Shown here one piece after another: positions 12,401 to 26,100 of a stretch of 64,000 nucleotides of DNA. A program made the position numbers and the translations under genes. The DNA lies in assembly GCA_023213395.1 (NCBI GenBank), contig CM041465.1, positions 157,301,741 to 157,365,740 on the forward strand, in the 5' to 3' direction. This DNA comes from Cycas panzhihuaensis (Eukaryota > Plantae > Cycadophyta). The notes beneath the pieces were generated by a model that worked only from the letters and a program-made list of their open reading frames with translations, made no database searches and had not been told where the DNA came from. Each line of letters opens with the position of its first letter. Position 1 is the stretch's first letter.

Positions 12401-13489
12401 CTTCTAAAGGATATTTATCACCCAACTCCATTGACTTATTAATATCACAGGGTTTTAAGAATTCAAACCAGTCTTTAGGATTTGTCATGTGTCGTGAAGC
12501 TCCAAAGTTGATAAACTAGGTGTCAGTCTCCTTTAATCCTACTAGTAAGGCAACTATGAATGTTGTCTCTTCTTCAGTTTATTCTTTATTGTAGTTATCT
12601 ATTGGTCATTTCCCTCTCTGAATGTCAATCCTTCTTTGAGGACATTGATAGGGATAATATCCGGTCTACCCACAATGATAACAGACATTGAATGCTCTGC
12701 AAGTACTGATAAAGTGTCCAAATCTACCACAGTTAAAACATATCTTAGAATCATGACTTTGCCTGCATCCTCTATTGTCCAAGTATCAACCACAAGCAAC
12801 ATTTCTAAAATTTGGGGTTCTCCCTCTTCCACATGTCTGACTTCGTCCTCGTGGTCCTAGATTTAATCTAGAAGGTAAGGCATATTCAAGCTCTATTGAG
12901 TCCTCATATCGCATGTTCCTTTGTTCCTATCTAAGTAGAATTCCAGTCAACTCATCAAGGGTCATACATCAATCTGATTATTGTCTGTAATGTTATTAAT
13001 TGTCATATTAAAGGTTTTTGGTACTTTGCTTTCTACCATCTAAACAAGTTTGGATTCAGATAAAATTTCTCCTATACTTAGAAGTCCATTTCTGAGTGAC
13101 ATGACTTTATGTATGAATTCAGTCGCTGTTTCATGTTCTCTCATATGTATCTTGTATAGTTCTTTTTTCAAGGCAAATATTTGGGCCTTGTTTTTTTTAC
13201 CAAATAGGTTTTCAAAACATTTCCAGATGCTTAATATGGAAGTTAATTTTTCCACATAAACCAACAAGGAGTTAGATACTAATAGTTTAAGGATGATGAC
13301 ACTTGCATTGTCTCTCTCCAACCATCTAGGAAGGGCAGCACTAGCATCAACAGGTTTAGTTTTAACACCAAGGGAAATGTTCCAAGCATTATGGGCTCTA
13401 AGTAGGGTTTTAACCTTTATTTTCCAAATATGATAATTAATTTTAGTAAGTTTGTCTTGTTCAAAAAGGCTAAACAGAGGAGCAGCCAT
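9440..13489 (-). pseudogene. Copia A gag-pol, disrupted
   Basis: MAAPLF..NYHIWKIKVKTLL gag; two zinc knuckles; GASRHMT protease; NLLSISQL; WHLKYGH; LELVHTDLCG integrase; MYVDDM RT at about 10380; YRQLVGNLIYL; IADLLTKSL RNase H. Confidence 0.92.
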
Positions 13490-14511
13490 TATTATTGAGA
13501 AATGAAGGAGAAGAATTGGGTTGATCATACAGTTGTATAGACTTTCGTATAAAACCCTAAGTGTATGGACTGAAGTAAAGTGTACCTCAAAAGAGAGGTC
13601 TTTTCGCTGCCAATCTGGATCTAAAATTGGTTTTTCAAAACTCTCTTTCAAACAGTAGAAAAAGGCCTCAGAAAGGAACATGGGTGGCTAGGGCATCAAG
13701 ATGTTTTTTTGTAGATTTCAAGCAAAATACTAAAGGATATTGCACAAAAATGGTTTAGAATGATTAGTATCACTTATTCAAAGGATTTAGGATTGAAGTT
13801 ACCTAGTTTTCACTGAGATTCGAAGAGATCTATCTCCTTTGGGCTTTAATCCCACATAGACTAGTTCGTGGTTAGTTTGACCCCCAAAACTACCTCGAAT
13901 ACCATCGACGCAGAAGGAAGAAATGTTAAGCATCCTCCAATCTACCTTTACACTAAGTTTTGTCTTAATCTGATAACTTCAAAAAAATGGCATCCGTACA
14001 CCAAGATTTTAATGACCTTCTTCAGTGCTGAAGTGCCTTCTTGATTTTGTCTCCCTCTTGAACCCTTGACTAGTCTTCAGGAATAAAGACTTAATTACAT
14101 CATGATAAAACATTACCTCTTAACAAAAACTACGTACTACTATCAATAAAACATAGCAAGACTATTGAAATAATCAAGCACAAATGAGTAAACAAAAGTA
14201 GATCTAATATACAAATGGTTATAAACAAATTTGTTGTAACATGCGACTCAAATCCAGTAGAGCTTTTACATTCACAAATCTTCTAATATACAAAGGTAAT
14301 ATGTGGAGCTTAATTTATAAGCATTCCATGGGTATTTTACATCTATGAGATTGGTTGACATATTAGCATGGGTGGTGGACCTGACATACCTCTATAATAT
14401 AATTAAATTACATAAAAAGGTCACCTAAAGTATAAGATATACAAATATACACATAATTACAATGTATGCAAATGTTTGTAGTGTAACAAAGGATTATTAC
14501 AAGTTTTAACA

Positions 14512-14984
14512 AACATCATCATTGGTCGATGTAAAATGTTCTCACACATGATCTTCTTAGTTCATATATTAGTGAAATATCATTAGATAATAATGATATG
14601 ATATAACTATATAAGGGAAATATATATTGTAAGGCAAGTTAGATTACCTAACCCTCCTTATGAAGCAAGATGGCTCATCATGAGGATTATTGATTATCAT
14701 TCATTAATATAAGATCTCATATATATTTGGAGGTGGCTTTTACCATACATAGGTTTTCCACATTAAACATGGTATCACATGTATGATTACAAGATTGATT
14801 TTTTATCTTTATCCTTATTCCTTTATTATATTCATTATATTATTAATTGATTATGTGATTACATATATCTACCTACTTGATTATATAAGTCATTATCATA
14901 ATGTTAACATGGTGTGGAATCCTATAAAAGAGTTTCTAATGTTACATCAGAGCTTTTATGTAAGTTATTTCATAAATTTTAATA
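14512..14984 (+). repeat. 5' LTR of element B (first ~50 bp displaced by insertion of element E)
   Basis: Collinear with 39140-39610, e.g. GGTTTTCCA..TTAAACATGGTATCACAT.TATGATT in both. Confidence 0.8.
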
Positions 14985-16095
14985 TGGTATTATAGCTTTT
15001 GCATAAGTCATTAATAAAATTTTAACACAGTATTAGAGCACAAGTAAAATGATCCTAAAGAGACTTATTAGAGTAACATAGAAAAAGCAAGTGAACTAAA
15101 AAGCAAATCAAAGTAATATAATAAAAATATTAGAAATATTGTTAATTCATTATATCATTATTTATGATATTCTTTTAGACTTGACATTACATATTATAAC
15201 TCTCAAATCCATTATAACGCTCACCTTCTATTATTAGCCTTTGACTTTTCTCTCACATGTGTGAGCTTGCATAATACCTTATAAAGTTTCCTATTTATAT
15301 TTATTACCTTCACTCATGCATTAATGAAGTTGATTAGGTGTGAGTTATGAAATAATACAAATTTATTATCTTGTTATTCTTTATTTTTATGAGTTTACAT
15401 TATTCATTTTTTGTAGCCTATTTACTCTCAATCTCTCATTCAAACATAGTATCAGAGCTAAGGATTGCTCTTTTCCTATGAAATGCTTTCAGATTGCTAA
15501 AAGTCTTACTATTCTCCATTATCTATAGTACTAATAAAGAGATCACTACTTTTTGAGGTTTTTTTGTGCCATTTCCTTCATATTAGAGCTAGAAAATTCA
15601 TGCTTATTATTGTTGGGTAGTGTTTTACATTGTTATTCAATATTTTTTATAGATTTTAAGCACACCCACATTTGGATTTCTTAGTTTAGGTAAATTTTAA
15701 ACTATTTTTTGCTCATTTGAGTGCACATATCATTAAATTGGCTAAAATTACTATGACCATCTTGCTTAAGAAGGTCTAAAACCCTTATTTTGAGCTATTA
15801 TTTGCCTGAATTCATTTAGAATTGAGCATAAACAAAGATCATTATACTTATCTTAATGGCAAAACATTTTTCTTTATTTTAATAACTTACATCTCTTTTG
15901 TTATATAATTGATTTTGAAAAAATATTTTTTTGGGGTTATTTATCTACTAGCTATATAGATGGGTTTCAAGTTTTATGACATTTAGAGCTAAAATAAGCT
16001 TTCTTGAACAAATCGAAATTAGTTTACTAAAGCATTTTTGCCAAAACATATTTTTGGTAAATTTAGTTGCTCATATCTCCTCTAATTCTTAATCT

Positions 16096-16128
16096 TATAT
16101 ATATATATATATATATATACATATATAT

Positions 16129-16212
<84 letters not shown>
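16096..16212. repeat. (TA)n microsatellite with TACA interruptions
   Basis: Directly visible; lies in the copia D leader. Confidence 0.98.
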
Positions 16213-16214
<2 letters not shown>

Positions 16215-17678
16215 TCATCTAATTGAAATCTAAGTGAGTTTCTAATCTTGTAATATTTAGAATAATATTCAGTGAGAAACATCAAATTACTCCTTAGATG
16301 GGTCACCATCATTTGAAAATGTTTGATTACATCTTTTTAAAAGCTTTCATAAGTTCTTTCTAATGCTCTAAAGTTGTACTAAAATTAGAATATTCCTTGA
16401 GAATATTCTCTTTTTAATATGTTAAACTTTATAAGGTAAAATATACTTTATATTTTAGTCATTTTTAGGCCCTTTAAAAGTTATTCTTTTATTAGTGTTA
16501 AAAGTTAAACAGCATACAAGACCTTAAGGTCTCTTAGTTAGCTTATAAAACTCATGTTTGTGGTATTTTTTTATATATATAAATATTTCTTTAAAGATAT
16601 CAAGTGTGAATATTTCAAGGTATATATTATCTAATTCACATAAATTAAATGAAAAAAATTATGTAATTTAGAAATTTAATATTTCTAATATTTTGGCTTT
16701 AAAAATATTAACGAAGATTGTTAAAGGAATTAAATCAAAACTAACTATAATAATTAGGATAACAACCATTATTGTAGTGATAGATAAAGATATATTCAAT
16801 TGGGAGGATCACAACTAAGAGGATTTAGATATCATCATATATTTGTAAGGAAAAGACATAGCACTTGAAGCATGATAGACTTTAAAAGACCTTTTTGAGG
16901 CAAAGAATAAAATTTAAGTTTTATACCTGAGAAGTCATTTATATTCTTGTAAGATGACCACGAAAGACTTTATCTTTTTATATGTATAAAAATTAAAGGA
17001 AATTAGAGATCAACTTATCATAATAAGTGAGACTATAGTAGGTAACGAATTAGTTAGCACCATTTTGAATAGCCTATATGAAGCCTATTATATTTTTATA
17101 ACTAGTCTTCGCTTCACTAAAAGAGAAAATCCCTTATCATTTGATGAACTTATTGGGTAGCTCTTATATCAGGAGAAAATGATGGGCAGTTACTAAAGCA
17201 TAAACAATGCTATGGTGTTAATAACTCTATCAAAAAATAAGGGTTATAAGAACCCTCCTAAGAACATTTCATAATAAAAATACTAATAATCCTATAAAGG
17301 ATATATCTTGTAATTATTAAAATAAGAAGGGTCATCTTGAAAAGAATTATTGGAATAAGAAGACAGACAAGAAGATAACATTTACATCTATACCAATATC
17401 TACACCCACTTTAATTATAAATAATTCTTCATGCATTTATATCAAATTTTTAATACTTAGATTCTAGAGCATCAAAACATATCACCCCTCACAAGGAGTG
17501 GTTTAGTAAGATAAATAAAGGATTATCTTCTTCCATTGTTCTTGTCAATAACACTCATTATAAGGTCTTTTGTTAAAGTATTATAACTTTTAATTAACTT
17601 GACAGTGAGGTGTTTGAAGTATTTGATGTTTATTATATGCCCTCTTGTAAACAGAACTTATTTTCTATCAGATATATA

Positions 17679-18002
17679 TGTTAGAAAACGTAACTGAAGT
17701 AAACAAGGTCGACAGGATCTTTCACATCAGGCAGATAACAACTAGAAACAAATCACATTAGACACCATATTACCGTGGAAAACCCTTATGGGTGAAAACC
17801 CATAAATGAATAATATTTACATTATGATAAAATGATAATACAACAAAGGTGGACTTTGATCTATATTTATAGATCTAAAGTGCCAAATATAATTATAAAT
17901 ATATCCATTAGGTCACTACAATCGAGAATATTCCTCCACATAATTAGGCATAAAAATAGGAGGCCCACTTTACATTAGGTGGTATGGTCATATATTTTAA
18001 CA
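17679..18002 (-). mobile_element. Solo LTR (324 bp) inside copia D pol
   Basis: TGTTA...TAACA termini, TSD ATATA (17674-17678 and 18003-18007). Removing it restores NLFSIRYI-TKQKLEVIF. TATA box (CTATAAATA) on the minus strand. Confidence 0.9.
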
Positions 18003-21000
18003 ATATAACTAAACAAAAATTAGAAGTTATTTTTAATATAACTAAGTATTAGATCAAGAAAAATGATGTTATTATAGCTCAAGGTTTTAAAGAGAATGGA
18101 CTCTATAAATTCTTAGGAACCCCTAAGCATGATTTTATTACATATGACTCTTTTAACACTCTATGGAAGGATCATTATGGTTAATTAAACTACAATAGTC
18201 TTTAGTTATTGACAAAATAGTAAATGGTACATGACCTTCTTTTCATTCAAAAAGTAGTAAAATATATGATATTTATACCCTAGGGAAGCAACATATAGAT
18301 CCATTTGTCAAGTCCATATAGCAGGCTAAGGATAAACTTAAATTAGTTTACTATGATTTATGTGGAGCCATTTCACCTATTTCACTCAGAGATTCTAATT
18401 ATTTTATGACTTTCATTAATAAACTCATTAGGAGATATTAGATCTGTCTCCTTAAGAATAAAGCAGATAATTTTAATAGGTTTAAAGAATTCAAAGCTGA
18501 AGATGAGACCTCTTATGGAAAGAAAATTAAGATTCTAAGGACTAATAGTAGAGGCAAGTACTTATCAAATGACTTCATTAAATTTTCAAAAAGCCATGTC
18601 ATTCAACATCATCTTACTACAACATACACTCTATAATAGAATAATGTATTCAAGAGAAAAATTTGCATAATTATGAAGATGATTCAATGCTTACTTAAGG
18701 CAAAAGATGTCTTTAGAGGCTTCTAAGGTGAATCTACTAAAATAGTTATTTACTTGTTAAATTGGAATCCCATTAAAGCAATGTGAAATGTAATTCCTAA
18801 GAAATCTTGAACTGACAAAAAACCTTATGTTTGTAATCTCCATGTTTTTTGTTATACAACTTATGTTCATGCGTTTAATGTAAAAAGGCATAAACTAGAT
18901 GATAAAAGCCAAAAATATATTCTTATTGGGTACTACGAGTCATCCAAAGCATGTAGGCTTTAGAATCCTACACAGAAAAATATTGTAATTAGTAGGGATA
19001 TATCATTTAATGAGTCTAATAAGATCATTATGCCTAGTGTAAATAATAAAGGTAAAGCAAAATGTAAAATAGATAAAACAAATGTAAAGAGTGAAAAGGA
19101 TAAAGACAGTGATGAGCCTTCTACTTCCTATTCTCCTCTAGTAAAGAAAATACCCAAATGGTATTATGAAACCATTAAGGACTCCAAGGTTGCTGACATC
19201 AATCTTAATGAAGGTATTTAGACAAGGATCAAGATCAAATTCAATTATATCTTGATGTCTAATATATTGAGCATTGATGAGCCATAGTCATTTAATGAAG
19301 TCGAAGTTTTAACTCAATCGTAAATAGCCCTGAAAGATGAGTATAACTCTATCCTTAAGAATGACACATGGGACCTTATTAAACTTCGTCCAAATAAAAG
19401 AGATATTAGTTACCAATTGATATATAAAGTAAAATATAGATCAAATATTATAATTAATAGATATAAAGCTTAACTTGTGGCCAAGGGCTATGCATAAAGT
19501 GCAAGTGTGAACTTTGATGAGATCATTAAACCTATGGAAAAGATGACTAACATCCAAATTTTGATTAGTCTTGCATCTCAATTTAACTAGACACTCTACC
19601 AAAAGGATGCAAAGAGTGCTTTTCTTTATGGAATTATTAATGAGGAGGTTTATATGGAGTAGCCTCAAAGATTTATGAAGGTCAAGAAGTAGCATCTTAT
19701 CTATACATTGAAGAAAGCTTTTTATGAGCTTATGTAGGCACCAAGAGTATGGTACTCATACATCGATAACTATCTTACTTTGTTTGGATTCACCAGATAT
19801 GAATTTAATCATAGTTTATATATAAGACACTTGGATGATAAGATTCTCATTATTGTACTTTATATTGATGATCTCTATTACTAGTAGTGACACTCTTCAT
19901 ATTGACTTTCTCAAACAATACTTATGCAATACTTTTAAGATGTCAAATTTTGATCCTCTATGTTATTACCTTGGTTTAGAGATTTAGTAAAAGTATGACA
20001 ATATTTTTGTATTATAGTCTAAATATGTTCATAATTTGTTAAGATGATTTTATATGGAGGATTGTAAGCCAATGGTCAATCCTATTGAAATTGGTCTCAA
20101 TCTCATTAAGGATTCTATTAGTGACTTTATTGATTCTACATTATATAAGTAATTAGTGCGTAATTGATCTACGTCACTGACACTCAACTTGGAATTAGTT
20201 ATATTGTTAGTATCGTGTCATGTTTCATGAGTTCTCCATCCACTCTTCATTAGAAGATAACAAATAAATCTTGAGATATATGAAATGTAGTATTATATAT
20301 GGACTTATATTTGGTAGATCTAATTTGTTTAAACTATAGTATTTCACTAACTTATATTAGGTAGAAGATCATGACAAGAGGAAATATACATTAGGATATG
20401 TTTTTATATTTGATTATGGTATGAAATTAGTATGTTTTCATATTAATGATAACACTATTTTCAGCATAACTTTTTTCATGTGAGAACATATTTGAGTGTC
20501 ATCTAAACTATTGGAAAGAAGACTTAAAGATAGACAAAATAAGTGGTGATAATTCATAATTTAAACATTTTGTTATAAATATTTTAACTAGTAAAATTAG
20601 ATAGATAATTTTTGGCATGCTAAAAGGTTTTTATTTTTAATAATTTGAGATATGTTTTAGTATTTTTTATGATTTTAAAGGCTTCTAAGAACATGATAAT
20701 ATAAATGGGTATATGATAATGACTATAGACACATGTCAGGTTGAAAATTAATAAAAAGAGATAATTTAAGGCTTATTTATTATATATTATGCCTTAAAAT
20801 TAAGTTATGAAGTGAATGAGAACCTATTTGATGATGGATAATGAAACAAATATATTTTGGACATGATAAAAGAAAACTCCCAAATGCATTTAATATATTT
20901 GATATTATGTTGTGCATTATTAATCAAATATATTTATATATTTAACATAAGATAATAAAATCACTTGGTTTAGTACATGATTTAGTTCCATTAAGGGAAA

Positions 21001-23107
21001 AATTATCACCATTTTTGGTTGAGTGAATGAATGAATGAAAAACATAAAATAATGCTACCTGATTTATTGAGAGTTATTAATTGATTTGTTGAATTACCTA
21101 CCTAATATGAGATAAGGAGAGGTGTCACAAGTTTGATTAATTAATTAAGATTGGCAATAATAGCTATGAATTATCCATAACACTAAGTTCAACTATTTAG
21201 GAGTCCATTTAATATGTGTTTTCAATTAGAAATCTAATAGCCATATATGATAAGAGGTATTAAATACATTACAAATATTACCTTGTTAAAATGAACTTGA
21301 TAAGCTAGGTGGTATGTCATGTTTCTAGAGTTAGTTGGTTTGAGAATATGAATTAATAATTGATTAGTTATTAAAAAAATCTACAAGGGTTACCTTATGC
21401 TGAATCATTGATGGGGGTAGTATGTGAACTTTATCATATCTCATAGGATAAAAAATGAGAGAATATTCATAACCTACTCTTGTTATAATATATTTATCTA
21501 ATCATAATATGATATTTTTTATTTATAAAGCTAATGAACTATGTATAAGAAATACTTTTTAGTTAATTTATGATTGTAACAACTAGTTACCCATGTATTT
21601 CAATAAATGGTTATTATTTTATATAGACATTAGTAATTTTGTATTATTGATAAGATTGATGAGTTTATTTTATAGCTTATAGGTTGAAAACATGAAGTTA
21701 TTACCAAGAGACTTCATATATTATAATGAATCTTTTTCCCCCCTCTTTTGATAAGTAAAATCCTTATAAAGTGGGTTTAACCCTTCAATATAAGTTGCCA
21801 CAAGAAAAGAGTAATCTATTTTTCCAAAATCACCCAAAACTTGCACCTTGGCTCACCTATCCTAAAGGTGTTAATAGAGATGCCTCAATCTCTCTAGGCA
21901 CTTGAGGTATAAAGAGATCATATAATAGTTCTAAAAGCACACCACTTCCAAAACTATCAAATCTAAATTTTGAGTGAATATAAGTGGTACTTGTATTAGG
22001 GCTTCTAATTGAATATTAACTAAGGCCACTCTTCACCACTTCTATAAATTCTATAATGTAATTATAATAAGGTTGTCAACAACTCCATGAATCATTATGT
22101 TCAAAAAAGGATATTCATTATCTAGAGTATGCACCTCTGTCTCAGGTAAGAGTAGGTCTTGACATTGCAAATATCACTACTATTTGATTTAATCTATGTT
22201 GTGGATGCCATTAGTTTTGTGAGTTATTAGGGTTGTCAATGAATACTAATTATTTAAAATATATAATTCTAACCTAGGCATGAATGGATCCTAGTCTCAC
22301 AATCTTATTTTCCCTTTGATTAAATATTTAGGTGATATGTTAGAGCATGATGCTTGAAAAGTGTTAGAATAAATCCTTGACTTCTTAAAAAAGACACCTA
22401 AGGTTAACACTCTTTGGGGATTCAATATTCCCAGCTACGTTGATTACCAATGACAAGTCCCCAAAAATCTAAAGATAGTTGATCTAAAGCTTGATTTCCT
22501 CAAATAGGTCCTTATTAAGGCCCATGAACTCTACTTTATTATTAGATCTTAACCTTAATCCTTTAGTATATTCTTGGAGGATGTTCCCTTGTAGATCCTA
22601 TAATAAACCCCCTACTTCATAACTACCTAGATTTAGTTTAAAGGCAACATTAAAGAATAATTGATATTAATCACTCATGAGTTCAAGTTGGTCATTGAGT
22701 AAAGCCTTAGTTAGAGACTAGTTTTTTACCATGAAGTCAAACTCCTTTATGTTAAAATATGTGAATTAATCACATATGTAATATTTAATGTTAATGATAT
22801 GGACACATATATAAACCTACTTATCAGATACATTAAAAGATGTGATAAGCATATATACTCATGTAAATATGCTATTGGATGATGTAAAGGCTCAAGAGAA
22901 ATAATAGGTTATTCATGAGGTGACTATTGATATAAATATATACACACACCACTTGAGAATTTGATAAAGTTTTATGATCTAAAAATATACTTATTCTAAT
23001 CATAAGAGGAGCTTCAAACTCTACCTTCTCCCTTGGTTTTTCCCACACTAGATTTTTCATGTACAGATCTATTATTTTTGTTTATAGTGAATGCTTACTA
23101 GTACATG

Positions 23108-26100
23108 GAAAGTGAAGTGGTGTGGTGCAATTGCGAAACTGTGAGCTGCGAGCTTCTGCGATTAGGGTTTGGATTGGCGTGGCGCGATACGCCGCGGGAG
23201 GGCCCGAATGCCATGGCGCCCTCCGAGGGTGAAGGGGCCGCAGGATGGCCGGCCTCGATGGGCTTTCTCCTCCTGCTCGCCAGTGGCAACGCTGAGGTGC
23301 GACGATACTAGCTAACTGCACCACCGGGGAGACGGATCGCTTGGGCCTCTGCTTTTCATCAAGGATCTCAAAGACTGTCCTCATTGGTGCGCCTTACCAG
23401 AGAAGATCGCCGCCTTTTAAGGCCGCACTTACAGGCGATTTTATCGGTGGAGGGACGGAGTCCCTCGCCACTCATGCAAACTCGCGCCTTGCCTTAATGG
23501 TGGAGCCTCGAGCATATCATTGTGGGTTCGACGGGGCTCTGAAAGATAGGCTAAGGAAACCCGTATGTCATCGCATGCATCTACAGCTGGTTTCTTGGAA
23601 AGATTGGAGGATTGGAATGCCAATGTTGCTTGTTGTCCGCTTTGCTAGTTTTTTCTAATTTCTAATCTTTATTATAATGGAAAAGATCATATCATTCCTA
23701 ACTGTAACCTCAACCCCAACCCCGCCTTGGGGGGGGCTTACCGAGGTGGACCTAAAACAAATGAAGGTGGAAACTTCGACCTAACACCTGGATTTGTGGA
23801 AAACGAGGCTAGGCCGCAGATTCCTCCGGCTCTTGTTGAAAACCGAAAATTATGGGAGAACCGCCTGTGGGCAGATTCTCGCCCCTGTGCGGTTTGATGC
23901 CATAAGGGCATGGACAAAGTCCAAGTGGAGAACTATGGGTAGTCTGGAGGTAATAGCCATGCCCAAGGGTTGTGTGCTATTTAAATTCGCCTCTTATGAC
24001 GACATGTCCGAATCCCGATTAGGGCCCCGGATGTTTGGGCGTAAGGCTCATCTCGAGAAATGACACAGGATTTCGATCCTCGAGCCCCAAAATCGACAAG
24101 CACCAACTGGATCCAACTCCGGCCTCCTCTTCACCATCTGGAACCCAGATGTCCTCGTGAGGTATCAAGGAAGTGGTGGGCCCCTTTAGCCGCTGATTCA
24201 AGAACGAGGAATAGGAGTAGGCTTATAAATGCCGAATTTGTGCCTCGCAAGATTGGACAAGCCTCTCCGAACACATTAGGATGGTACTACCGAAAAGAGT
24301 TGGGTCCAACCGCTGGTTTACTGAGATGGACCATTTTAGATGTTCGACCAGAGAAATTTGGGACACTTGCCCCGTAAATGTCCGGAGTTCACCCTCAAAA
24401 GACGAGAAAGAAGAAAATCAACTGCCCAAACCCCAAGAACCCGAGGTGGGTGTTGAATGCCCCGCCCATCGGATCGTGGAGGAATCTCTCCAAAACTTGG
24501 GTTTCGACCCGACAAGGAGGATACCTGTTGGAGGAAGAGGACCAGAGGCTCAAATTCCAGAGACTCAAAGAGGCCCCATGAGTGGTCGGGATGAGCCAAC
24601 CCAGATGGCCATGCAGGGATACCCTCACGGAGAAGGAGAAGGACAAAGAGACAGTGGTCGGAGGCGCACTAACCCCTGTGAGGTAGAAAAGGTCCAAGGG
24701 GTTGGTTGTACCAAGTTCGGCCTGTGGCCCTCGCTTCACCGCTGCATCTTGTGATCATCTCAAAAAGGTGCCGACGGGAGTTGAGAAGAAGGTTGGTAGG
24801 CCGCCTTCAGTTACTAAGAGAGAGAGATTCTACCAGTCGACTTTGGTACCCAAAAACTTTAAAGGAAGTTTTTCTCAAGGGCCTACCCTCGGATCTAGAC
24901 AAGAGTGAGACCCCCCTAAGGGGATTCTCGCAGAGGTCCGGAACCGAGAAAGAAGCGATGAAAGTTATGTCATGGAACATTAGAATGAATGCCCTTCAAA
25001 GCAAAGAATAATCGTGACATGAGAGCTAGATATCAAATAGATCTCTTATTTTGCAAGAAACTAAGTCGAGCAAGGAGAATGGATTCAAGATCGAAATGTA
25101 ATTTGGAAGCAAGCTTGAGGACTGTAAGAGATTATAGTCAAGGCATAGGGGTTTAATGGTGCCGTGGAACCCATCGGCTCGGAGAGACCTTTTGGTTGAG
25201 GACTCCTTCATTTCTACGACTAACGAGCAAAATCAACAACACCACATGGTTGGCCACCAACGCCTATGCCCCAACGCCTGCCACCAGAAGGGGTGGGATG
25301 ACCGATCGAAGCCCATGGAGACCGCCACCCCTTTGGTCGCCATGGATTTTAATTCGCTTTATCCTCGGAGATAAGAAAGGAGGCTCCGGGTTGGACCACT
25401 AAGATGGTCGAATTTGGAGATTTCCTTCAAAGGGGGGGTTTGGAAGATGTCAGGCTTAGAGGGGCATCTTACACCTGGACCAATAAACGGTTGGGCGAAA
25501 GCCACATTCAAACTGTCGGATAGGGTGCTGGTGAATTATGACTGGACGAGGAGCTTCCCCGACTTTGCGCTAGAGGCACTGCCGAGGATCGCGGACCACT
25601 CGCCTCTTTTGTTGCAATTTTCGATCCACCAAATTTAGCGGGGCCCCTTCAGATTTGAATTAATGTGGCTTCGCCACCCGATCTTCTAACAAAATTGAGG
25701 AGTGGTGGGGCATGTACATAATCGGTCATGCTATGTACGTGTTCTCAAGAAGCTGGATTGGGTTAAAAGGCAAATCAAGGCGTGGAATAAGGAGGTTTTC
25801 CAGAACATAAATGCGCAAAAGGATAAAACATTACAGGATCTGACAAGTATCGAGGAGCAAATTGGGCGGATGGGTAGATCTATGGAGCTCGATAAGGCGG
25901 AGAAAGAACTCACAGAGACTATGGAGGAGATTCTCAACAGGGAGGAGACCCATTGGAGACAAAAGTCGAGGGCCCTCTGGTTGGCTGAAGGAGACAGAAA
26001 TACCAGATTTTTTCATATGACTGCTGTAAAGCATAGGGCGAACAACAGAATCAACAGCCTTCTTAAGGATGATGGCTCCGAGGCCAGCTCGGTTGAGGAT

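Larger units (their letters stand above)
9239..14125 (-). mobile_element. Ty1/copia element A with truncated 5' LTR
   Basis: TSD AAAAC at 9234-9238 and 14126-14130. Complete 3' LTR at 9239-9430; PPT TAAGAGAGGG at 9440-9431; only 35 bp of the 5' LTR remain (14091-14125). Domain order gag-PR-INT-RT-RH. Confidence 0.93.
6258..14511 (-). mobile_element. Old Ty1/copia element E (5' LTR, PBS, long leader, gag); interrupted by copia A and by L1 copy 1
   Basis: Minus-strand LTR from TGTTAAAAC (14511) to ..TTCTCA (9211), split by copia A. PBS-like TGGCATTAGAGC at 9210-9199. Gag remnant from 7310. Joining the LTR/PBS to the gag as one element is inferred from order and strand. Confidence 0.6.
15140..20420 (+). 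mobile_element. Ty1/copia element D, decayed and 3'-truncated
   Basis: LTR-like about 15140-15446 ending AAACA; PBS TAGTATCAGAGC 15447-15458; gag from about 16700; SRASKHIT protease; KLVYYDLCG integrase; LKNDTWDL; YIDD at 19861; breaks off in early RNase H with no 3' LTR. Confidence 0.85.

Noticed and set aside
16082-16312. 76-aa ORF with YI repeats
   Set aside because: Translation of the (TA)n microsatellite.
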